64,000 bases of DNA from Macrostomum lignano. Its lineage: Eukaryota. The notes below the pieces were generated by a model. The model was not told the DNA's origin, did no database searches, and worked only from the letters and a program-made list of their open reading frames with translations. Shown piece after piece: positions 1 through 10,179 of this stretch. A program made the position numbers and the translations under genes. The stretch lies in contig NIVC01000934.1 in assembly GCA_002269645.1 (NCBI GenBank), positions 210,166 through 274,165 of the forward strand. The letters are read 5' to 3'. How positions within the stretch are numbered: position 1 is the stretch's first letter; each line of letters opens with the position of its first letter.

Positions 1-67
1 TCTGCTCTGCACACCCGGATGCTTTCGGTCGATTGAGAAATTTCTGTATTGAAAACGCTGTATTGAA

Positions 68-150
68 GCTGGTGTTGCATTGCAGCTGGTGTTGTATTGC
101 AGCTGGTGTTGCATTGCAGCTGGTGTTGCATTGCAGCTGGTGCTGCATTC
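68..150. repeat. 17-bp tandem repeat (gctggtgttgcattgca), ~5 copies
   Basis: Directly visible tandem units. Confidence 0.85.
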
Positions 151-882
151 ATTCAAGACCTTTGTGCAAAGACGACCTTAGTAGTCCTCGCTGATTTGGC
201 TCACACGACTTTTCCGGTGTTTTAAGCCTCCCAAACACGACTGTTAACTGAACCTTTCCTTTGTAACTGAGACTAATGTTGCATGCTCATCTTAAAAAAA
301 CTCGAAGTCTATTCGTGTTTCTCAATTCGAGTCAAAGCTGCACGAACAATATTTGAGAAGGCTGCAACTCGAATCCTTGCTTGGCATCCAATCTCGAAAA
401 AAACTATGCACAGAACAAAGAAAATTTCGTGCACTTGGCGATGGATATGGGATTTCCGTTCCTCCTCAGAACTTCTGCTTTAGATTTTTTATTAGCTAGA
501 TTCCTTTCCGGTAGAGCTAGGTGAAAGTACAAACTGGACTCCAGAAAATTAATAATTAATGATTAGTAGGATTAAAGCTGATGGGGTTTTGCAGTGTCAC
601 GGAGCCAGCAACAGATTTTTCAGTTCACAGGGGCTCAGAACTCTGCCACAGATCAGGGTGCACGCGCACACGGAGACGTACACGAAGGCACACAGCTCTC
701 ACAGGTTGTGCAGAGGCCCTGAGGTATTGGCCCTTCATTTGCACATCCCTCGACAACCCCAGGCTCGACAACACAGCGGGTTTTGTTCCGTTATTTTAGG
801 GTGCAATTATAGAAATCTTGGTGTGCGTGCGGGTGCTCGCTAAAAGTACAACGGAAAATCTGTTGAATCTGTCAGTTCTCGT

Positions 883-2075
883 TCAACTCCGATCAGCCGG
901 AGCTTCGGTGCCACGGCTTGCCGGGGCAAGATTCGCCATCGGGATCGGCGTTCTCCGACTGACAGCTGCTGACGCCGTGTTTCGGCGCCGGGACTGACAA
1001 GGGTTCCCAGACTGGAGCTCGGGAACACCGTAGGATGAGCATCTTCTCCTCGGGCCATCGCCACCGCCGCGGCAGTGTAGCAGCTCCTTGGCGGCCTGCT
1101 TGAACTGTGCGTTGCGGGACAGCAGCACGAAGACGCTGACGCACTGGTTCACCAGGGCCAGGCAAATGAAGTCGTAGTTCAGATTCCCAATCACGGAGAT
1201 ACGACTCAAATCTCCGTTGCGGCCGAGATTGTCGAAGGCGAATTCCAGCATCGGCCTGGCAACAATCAGCGGTGCGTGCAGCGCCAGGTACGCGCACCCG
1301 ATGATGAGCACCACCACAGTGCCGCTCGTGGCCGCGCCCCTGGCCTGCTGCTGGCTGGAGGTCAGGGAGCGCCGAACTTTGAGCGCAGAGCTGACCTTGT
1401 AGATCAACAGCAAGTCCAGCAGCAGAATGATGAAGATGAACACTGTCGGAGGATAGGAGACGATCAGCTGTAGAACAGCATGAACTCACGGGCATGCGGA
1501 ACCGTGTAGCAGTAGATGAGCGCGGTGCGAGGAAAATAGACGTATTGGTGGCCTGTCAGCAGACTGCTTGGCAATGCGATGAGCACCGTGCCGAGCAGGC
1601 TGAGCAGCAGGGCTCCTCCAGCCCAGCGCCGGCCAACCTGCTTCATGGCCAGCGGCCGCAGCACCACCAGCACCCTGTCGCTGACCAGCACCAGGAGCCA
1701 CAGGCAGGTCAGCACCTGCAGTACATTTGTTACTCCTCGCGCAGCTCTGCAGCCGGCATCGCTCAGGTTGTAGAGCATAAAGGACACTCGACCTCTGGTC
1801 AGCCACGGCAGGCCCTTGTTCAGCAGACCGTTGAATGTGCCGTTGAAAATCAGCGATATCAGGTCCGCGATGGCGATGCAGCCGAGGTACAGGTTCTGCC
1901 TGGTGAGCGGTCTCAGCCGAGCCAGCATGTTGTGGGCTACGAGCAGGTTGCCCAGGACTCCAATGAGCAGCAGCAGCGGTACGAGCACAGCTGACAAGGC
2001 TCCAGATACGATGGACAAGGCGCAATTGAGCGTCCGGGAGGCCTGTCCGCTGTCGCAATCTGCCATCATTCTCAT
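883..2075 (-). CDS. Intronless rhodopsin-like (class A) orphan GPCR, split by a 1-nt frameshift at ~1470
   Basis: ORF 2075-1464 gives TM1-4 (GVLGN, IAIADL, SDRVLVV, Cys in GCRA and YCY). ORF 1443-883 gives TM5-7 and tail. Restoring one C (TTC TAC [C]AG CTG ATC GTC TCC TAT CCT CCG ACA GTG TTC) joins them as FY-QLIVSYPPTVFIF. Confidence 0.85.
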
Positions 2076-2665
2076 TCCCGCCTCTAGGAACCGCGTCCGC
2101 AGCTCGCATTGCTGCCGTCAGTCATGGTGGAAGCGGTTCTGCCCTGTGCTCTGGCTGGCGAACTCAACTCTATTTACTGGGGTTACTCGTCATCTTTTCG
2201 TGGAATTGTCCCGCCAATCATGAGGCAACTCGCACAGTGGGTTTGTTGGGAGTTCAGGGCCTCAATGGTAGGATTGAAAACCCCTAATGACTATAGGAGC
2301 GTATCGGTAAGGCAAATAAAATGAATTATCTAACAATAAAAAGGTACTTTACCGGGCAACTTCAGCCAGATTACCGAGCTGCAGAATTACGCGATGAGGC
2401 AAAAACACTCCGTGTTTTGTGACACTCCGTGTTTGGCCCCTTGCAAATGAAAGGTTGTGCAATTTTGGGTTGTAGGATTTACAAGTTGGATTTTAGATTA
2501 TATGAAATTTCGGGTTCATGGAATTTAGGGGAAGAGAAAAATGTTGGCATTAGGGGTTTTGAAAAATAGGGGGTTGTGTAGGCACCCTATTACGCAATAT
2601 GCAGCACCTCGTATAGAGGCTCCTTTGTAAAAAGATAGCAGTTGGATCAGAGTATATCTGACAAT

Positions 2666-2969
2666 AAGCATGACATCACTGTCAAGGTTATCATGTCACG
2701 ACATCACTGTCAAGGTTATCATGTCACAACATCACTGTCAAGGTTTATCATGTTATGACATCACTGTCAAGGTTATCATGTCACGGCATCAATGTCAAGG
2801 TTATCATGTCACGGCATCAATGTCAAGGTTATCATGTCACGGCATCAATGTCAAGGTTATCATGTCACGGCATCAATGTCAAGGTTATCATGTCACGACA
2901 TCACTGTCAAGGTTTATCATGTCACGACATCACTGTCAAGGTTATCATGTCACGACATCACTGTCAAGG
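2666..2969. repeat. 28-bp minisatellite (ttatcatgtcacgacatcactgtcaagg), ~10 copies
   Basis: Visible tandem units with acat/gcat variants. The overlapping ORFs are repeat artefacts. Confidence 0.9.
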
Positions 2970-3906
2970 TTCTATTTGGGGATATCGGTTCGAGCAGGAA
3001 AGGGTGGGAAAAATGAAAAAGTTGGAATTCAGCTACACTGAGATGCATCCAAAAACAGACATTGAATATTTCCAGATTTATGAAGACAATGCGCGGAGAA
3101 GGGTCGGTTCTGCATTTCTGAGCTGCCATGTAACAGGTCCTTGGACCGAGAATGATACGCAGAGCATATCCGCACAGGTGAGTCAGAACGCATTAAATAT
3201 AAACATTTTGTACAGGGATCTGAATGGCAATAATGCTATGCTGACAGGAAAGACATTGTCAAGATCATCGAGATTCAAGGTTCATCGTTTGGTCTTGTTA
3301 CAGTCGAACCGTGCGGTGGTGCTTTGAAATGATGTAGGGGCATGAAGGTATCACATACTGCGAGCTCAAGGACCAGCAGCTGCCTGAAACTTTGACTGCA
3401 TGCCGCCTCTGCTGAGCGCAGCTTTCCAACACACTTTTCGAATGCTACCATTGCTGTATGACGAAGAACCCGACCGAACTAATGGATGCGGCTTCATCAG
3501 TAAGGCCGCCTATTACTCCTTAAAACAGGGGGGGGGGGGATAGCTGCCCATGCCTGGTACTTTATGTCGCTTCAAAAGTACCTGAACTGACAAATAGCAA
3601 ACACTTCTTACCTGCGTAACCTGTCTCTTTTATCTCTCATGTGCCTGCAAGAGAGCTCTCTGGACTCCGCTTTTAGATAGGCGGACTTCAGATATAGGAA
3701 GCTCTCAGCTTTGTTGGCCTTATTATGAGCTATCTCAGCTTATATTTGCAGACTGCCAGAATACGCATGGACAATAATGTGTTTTTGTACTGGCATCTTC
3801 ACAGATTCACAAGTCCACCAAGTGTTCCAGCTCGTAATATATTCTTGAATTTCGCATGCTTGCGTTGCTCTGTTCTGATAGCACAGCAGACATTTTGCAT
3901 TTTGCT

Positions 3907-4290
3907 TCAACTGTCAAGCTGAAGTTCTATTGGCTCTTCTGGCACCTCTGTTACCTCTAGCACTTCCGGTACTTCTGGCATTTCTGGTGCTTCTGGTGCC
4001 TCTGGTACTTCTGCAGCTTCTGATATTTCTTGTACTTCTGATATTTCTTGTACTTCTGATATTTCTTGTACTTCTGATATTTCTTGTACTTCTGATATTT
4101 CTTGTACTTCTGATATTTCTTGTACTTCTGATATTTCTGGTACTTCTGGCACTTCTGGCACTTCTGGCTCTTCTGGTACTGCTGGCACTCCTACTGTTAA
4201 AGCGCCATTTTGTAGCTCAAAAGACACAAACGTAAAATGCAGAGCTCCTGGTTACGAGTATTTTCATTTAGTTTAAAAGTTTATTTGATT
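3907..4290. repeat. Duplicated flanking module A (copy 1) containing an 18-bp minisatellite (tacttctgatatttcttg)
   Basis: Same flanks (caactgtcaagctgaagttctattgg ... agctcaaaagacac) recur at 6882-7800 and in part at 13320-13500. Confidence 0.8.
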
Positions 4291-4295
4291 CATTT

Positions 4296-5158
4296 TGTGG
4301 TGTCTGGCCTGTTGAGTGCTCTTGCACTTTTTGAGTTTTTTTCCGTGCGCCCTAGGCGGCCATCCCCGGACCAGTTCTGGCTGCCCAACCAGGCAGAACT
4401 GGTTGGGGGTCGCCCGGCACGGCTTGTGTCTTTCCCCGCGGCGGCCTCTGATTGGCTGGGCCTGTGAGTTTGCGCTTTTCGCTCTAGCCCCCATTCAGTC
4501 AGATCTGCTCGGCGGGCACGCTGATTGGCTGAGAGGTCATTTCTTTTGTTTGGCGTTTCTCTCTTTCACACTGTCTGCCCCTCTACGCTGTTTCAAGCGA
4601 GCCGTGTCTAGACGGTCTCTTACTGCGAAGACTGTTAATTTTGCATGCGATACTCAAGCGAGCCGTGTCTAGACGGTCTCTTACTGCAAAGACTCAATTT
4701 ATTGCATGCCAAGTGGCCAAGTGGTCAAGTGCTAGCGATATTCAAACGAGCTTCACAGCTTCTGGCACCGGTAAGACCCCAAGTTCATTTACTTCTTTAG
4801 CTTTTCTGAGGCCTTGCCGTAGCAGTGGTTCCATAGCTAGAGCGTCATCACGCCTGCGACTGTGACCACTGCAGCACAGCAGCGTTGTATAATTATTGTA
4901 GTACTGTACCGGTTACTTTATATAGTGTGTACAACCTACAGTATCGAAACTAGAAGCACTCGAGAGTGTCACCACACCTCGAGCTGCAGCGTGAACTCGG
5001 AGTGTCACAACACTAGATGGAGCGACCCATTATCGCAGAGCGTCGCCACGCCTGCTCGTATCCATACAAGTACCAGACAGAGCGTCACTACGCCTGTTAT
5101 ATTACGTATAACATATTGTACCTGGGACTGGGCACTCAAACCGACCCGGGTTACGACA
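4296..5158. mobile_element. Probable solo LTR (863 bp) inserted in duplication unit 1
   Basis: Absent from the homologous positions of units 2 and 3. Termini TGTGGTG...TACGACA (TG...CA, imperfect inverted). Flanks attt/attg (near 4-bp TSD). Internal direct repeats at 4593-4626 and 4654-4687, and gagcgtc..acgcctg x3. Confidence 0.55.
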
Positions 5159-5484
5159 ATTGGATGTGCTTGCCACTTTGCAGAAGTACTTTTATATCTG
5201 TTAACTGTTGTCACGACTAGTCAAGAACAGTCGAGGATTAGGGATTTAGGTCGGGATTCCGTCCGAGCACTATCATAGGACGGATACTAATGTATACCAG
5301 ATGAACTTAGAGCACGCATTAGGCATATTTAGCAGAACACTGACATTCACCGAGATTTAAAAGCTAAGTTTGAGATGCTAAATCTGAATATTGCTTATTA
5401 TTGTTAAATAATATTTGCCAAAAAGTTCAGAAAAATGCCACAGCTCAGATGCCAATTAGAAGAGCCAGCAGAGCGCACAGGCAG

Positions 5485-6273
5485 TCAATGATGGATGGAC
5501 AGCAGAATGAGACAGAAGTGCAGGACTTGCCACGGCCTCGTCCAGAGGACACCGGCGTCATCAGGATTCCCGATGGCATCGAGCACAACTCCAGCGGTGC
5601 TGAAGCTGCGGAGCTCGATGCAGCAGCCCCAGAAGGAGAACGGAACGCGGAACAGAAAGGCGAATATGGCGAGCAAAAGTGCGCAGGCGGATGGTAGCAG
5701 CAGCTTGATGAGGCTTCCTAGTGGGACAAATTTCTTGAAGGCGTAGAGATACTGGGTTCGGAGAGCGTTCAGTGGGATATTGTGCAGCAGCGAGATGAGC
5801 AGGCTGAGCAGCAGGGCGCTGCGGCCAGCCCGGATTCTCTTTAGCTGTTGATCCGAGAGTCGCTTTCGTCTGCGGCCGGTCTGGACTCTCCTGTTGCTGA
5901 TCCGTAAGTCGCTTTTGTCTGCAAATTTACTGCTTCAGGGTAATGGAAGAGTTCAATGTAACAGAGCTCAATTTAAAGGCAGCTAACCTTCTTCGCGAAC
6001 GGTAGTTACACAGCAGCAGGAGGTGCTGAACACAATCAGTACGCCTAGGAGCAGAATGCCAGCAATCACTACAAACAGAATGTACAGCGGTTGCAGATGG
6101 CTGATCTTGGCGGTGCAGTCTCTGTCAGAGCAGGAGCAGTGAGATGTCGACAGGTACAAAATCATGACACCTGGAAGGATCAGCCAGCTGCCCAATCGTT
6201 TTTGAAAGGATTCAGCGTTGCGGCCTTCAATAGCAGCTTCGATTGCTCCAGGTATTTCGGCGGCCACTTCCAT
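5485..6273 (-). pseudogene. 5-TM family copy 1 (exons 6273-5988, 5918-5485), damaged: 25-codon in-frame deletion and 4-bp frameshift
   Basis: Paralog of the copies at 8286-9183 and 14411-15544. GT-AG 69-nt phase-1 intron; spliced length 720 nt. Duplicated atgg at 5491-5498 gives an early TGA; the ancestral stop is at 5445-5447. Confidence 0.7.
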
Positions 6274-6881
6274 GATAAATTGAATTTCTTGGTCCGACCG
6301 GGCGTAGCTTGGTTGGGTGTTAAAATCAGTGGGTCTCGGCTCTTGTGGCCCTTATGTAATGCGGGGCGGGCTGCCTCTGACCCGCCAAGTGTGATCGATA
6401 TTTTCAGTTAGTTCCTAGTTCCTAGATAATCCAGCCCGTTCTCTTATGAACTACGGAGCTTAGGCATGCATGTCCGAAACGCTATTTTTAGGCACTGCGT
6501 TCGGTTTCTCTGTTAACCGCCGATTTCGGAAGTTGAACCGGGCTCAGCTGCGTACAGCTGGCTAATACGGAACTACGTGTGTGCAGCAGTTGTGCGAAAA
6601 TATTTCGGCGACTATCTTTTTCCAAAAAAATTTCACTAGTCTTTACCAACTAATAGCCAGGGTTGCATTATAAATATATATAATACCGGCTTATCGAGAA
6701 AGTATCCATTTTACTAAATTATTATTTTATCCGTACTCACCGACGATTCGAGATTAAGAAAGTGTCATGCTGCTGCCAGTAGAAGCTGCCATTTGCTCAA
6801 TAATTTAAAAAGCCAGACTGACTATAAGGCACAGCTTAAAGCTGATGGGGTTTTGCAGTGTCCACGGAGCCAGCAACTTCA

Positions 6882-7800
6882 ACTGTCAAGCTGAAGTTCT
6901 ATTGGCACTTCTGGCCCTTTTGGCACCTCTGGTTTACTGGTTACTTCTGGCACTTCTGGTACCTCTGGAACCTTTTGGTACTTCTGATTACTTCTGGCAC
7001 TGCTGGCACTCGCACTCCTTTGGTACTTCTGGTTACTTCTGGTTTCTTCTTCTGGTTTCTTCTGGTTTCTTCTGGTTACTTCTGGTTACTTCTGGTTTCT
7101 TCTTCTGGTTTCTTCTGGTTTCTTCTGGTTTCTTCTGGTTACTTCTGGTTACTTCTGGTTACTTCTGGTTTCTTCTGGTTACTTCTGGTTACTTCTGGTT
7201 TCTTCTTCTGGTTTCTTCTGGTTTCTTCTGGTTTCTTCTGGTTACTTCTGGTTACTTCTGGTTACTTCTGGTTACTTCTGGTTACTTCTGGTTACTTCTG
7301 GTTACTTCTGGTTACTTCTGGTTTCTTCTTCTGGTTTCTTCTGGTTTCTTCTGGTTTCTTCTGGTTACTTCTGGTTACTTCTGGTTACTTCTGGTTACTT
7401 CTGGTTACTTCTGGTTACTTCTGGTTACTTCTGGCACTCCTTTGGTACTTCTGGCACTTCTGGTACCTCTGGAACCTTTTGGTACTTCTGATTACTTCTG
7501 GCACTGCTGGCACTCCTTTGGTACTTCTGGTTACTTCTAGTTACTTCTGGTTTCTTCTGGTTACTTCTAGTTACTTCTGGTTTCTTCTGGTTACTTCTGG
7601 TTTCTTCTGGTTACTTCTGGTTACTTCTGGTTACTTCTGGCACTTCAAGTACCTTTGGTACTTCTGGCACTTCGTGGTACAATACTTCCGGTACTCCTAC
7701 TGTTGAAGCGCCATTTTTTAGCTCAAAAGACACAAAGATAAAGTTTTGCACAGGCAGAGCCTTGATTAGGAGTATTTTCGTTTCATTTGATGCGTGTGCC
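6882..7800. repeat. Duplicated flanking module A (copy 2) with an expanded 9-bp-based minisatellite (tacttctgg/tttcttctgg)
   Basis: Flanks homologous to 3907-4290; internal block at ~6941 repeated at ~7447. Confidence 0.85.
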
Positions 7801-8285
7801 ATTGTGCATAAGTAGTTATTATTTATATCACTTTTTAGCAACTTTACTTGAAGGAAAGGTGCTGTCACGACTAGTTAAGAACAATCGGGGATTTGGGTCG
7901 GGATCTCCTCCGAGCAACTATGGAATTTTAGGTTCGCATGAAGTCGTGAGTAACAAAATAGTGGCATTCACAGTGATTTAAGAGCTAAGTTTGATTTACT
8001 GAATCTGAATATTGCTGGTAATCTTGAAATAAATGAGAGAACAAAAATTAACTTGTTTTTATTTACTTTAATTCAATTGCCAATGCATTTCGACCCTTGT
8101 AGGTCATCGTCAGGGCAGTAGTGAAATTGAAAATTTTAATAAACAGTTGAATAAATATACCTGTAATAAGTTGATTACACAATATAAATTAATGTACGTA
8201 GTTTTCAATCGAAACAAGTTAACACACGGTGCGAGCAACTCTACCAGAATCTTGAAAGAATCTTTAAGTTCAGAGAACTGCAACC

Positions 8286-9183
8286 TCAGATGCCAATTAC
8301 AAGAGGCAGCAGAGCGCACAGGCAGTCAATAATGGACAGCAGGATGAGGCAGAAGTGCAGGACGCGCCACGGCCTCGACAGCAGGACATTGTCATCAGGA
8401 TTCCCGATTGCAGCCCGCACCACTCCAGCGGTGCTGAAGTCGCGGAGGTCGCTGCAGCGGCCCCAAAAGGAGAACGGAACGCGGAACAGAAAGGCGAATA
8501 TGGCGAGCAAAAGTGCGCAGACGGATGGTAGCAGCAGCTTGATGAGGCCTCTTAGTGGGATAAATTTCTTGAAGGCGTAGAGATACTGGGCTCGCAGAGC
8601 GTTCAGCGGGACAGTGTGCAGCAGCGAGATTAGCAGGCTGAGCAGCAGGGCGCTGCTGCCAGCCCGGATTCTCTTTAGCTGTTGATCCTTGAGTCGCTTT
8701 CGTCTGCGGCCGGGCTGGACTCTCCTGTTGCTGATCCGTAAGTCGCTTTTGTCTGCAAATTTACTGCTTCAGGGTAATAGAAGAATTTAATGTAACAAAG
8801 CTCAAATTAAAAGGCAGCTAACCTTCTTCGCGAACGGTAGTTACACAGCAGCAGGAGGTGCTGAACACAATCAGTACGCCTAGGAGCAGAATGCCAGCAA
8901 CCACAACAAACACAATGTACAGCGGTTTCAGATGGCTGATCTTGGCGGTGCAGTCTCTGTCAGAGCAGGAGCAGTGAGATATCAGCTGCTCAGGACACGT
9001 TACGTTAAAGGTCAACGTCTGTAGCTCCGAGGCAGCGGTGCAATCTAGCACGAACTGCGACAGGTACAAAATCATGGCACTTGGAAGGATCAGCCAGCTG
9101 AACAATCGTTTCTGAAAGGATTCAGCGTTGCCATCTTCAACAGCAGTTTCGATTGCTTCGGGTATTTTGGCTGCCACTTCCAT
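8286..9183 (-). CDS. Unknown ~5-TM Cys-loop membrane protein, copy 2 (exons 9183-8823, 8752-8286; 275 aa)
   Basis: Donor GAAG|gttagc, acceptor tttgcag|AC, 70-nt intron; 828 nt in frame. Five hydrophobic stretches, a Cys-rich loop with NVT sequon, and a TSCCC motif. Hydrophobic ORF conserved in four copies. Confidence 0.75.
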
Positions 9184-10179
9184 GATGAATTGAATTTCTA
9201 TTTCAGTGATAACTGAACTGCGGTTTAATAAATTCACTAAAGAGTTATCAGTTAGTTTCTAGGTAATCCAACCCGTTCCCATTATAAATTATAGAGCTTA
9301 AGGCATGTAAGTCCGGCCTCCGTACAGCTATTTTTAGGTATTGCGTTTGGTTTCTCTGTCAACCGCCGATTTCCGGAGTTGAAGCCGGCATCAACTGCGT
9401 ACAGCTGGCAAGCATTGAACTAAGCGTGCATGTTTTGCGCGCAAGTCTTTCTGCGACTGTCTTTTTCCAAGAAATTTCACTGGTTTTCTTTATCTGGTGA
9501 CTAGGATTGTATTATACATGTATACGGGCTAAAATGTGCAAGTTATCCAGAAATTATCTGTCCAAGTAAATTATAGTTTTATCAGTATTCAACGATTCGA
9601 GATAAAGTACGAGCTAAGTGTTGTGCATTTAGACAGTAGGAATAGCCTGTGCCAAAGGGGTTTTGCTCTTTTATTTAATAAGCTGCACTGACTATAAGGC
9701 ACCGCTTAAGCCTCAGTTGCGCACGGCAGTTTTTTCCGTTGCGGCTGGGTGTCAGATGCTGCAAGTCAGTCGATTTGTTCCGACACACGGCGGCTGTAAA
9801 ACCCGCTGGTTGGCTATGCAAAATTCTATTTGCCTGCCCGTTTTGCCAGGCACAATGGCAAGAGTTGAAATTAATTAGCTCCTTATTAATGCATCCTACC
9901 AGCCCTGCCGAAAGCTCATGCGCGCAGAGACGTTGAATGCACAGTACGAGCTAAATTGTCCACCAAGATGCACATGCCAACTTCGGAGGCAGATGTTAAG
10001 GGTTACGGCCAGAAATAGCTGAACTAACCTGAAATGCGACAGTGCTTGCTTTTTCTCTCGCCGAAAATATACAAATAAACACCCCTGTTTAGCTTAAAGT
10101 GTTTTTATAAAAGCAGCTCAGCTCATAACTCAGCTCAAATTTTTTTCTTGTCAAAACTCTACAAACTTGTCGAGACTCG

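Noticed and set aside
1470-1471. Programmed ribosomal frameshifting at the broken genes
   Set aside because: No slippery heptamer or stimulatory structure; indels in short runs explain it more simply.
3907-4227. Acidic EVPE/EISEVQ-repeat ORF on the minus strand of module A
   Set aside because: The frame is not conserved in the homologous modules (stops at ~13380 and in unit 2); it is a product of the minisatellite.
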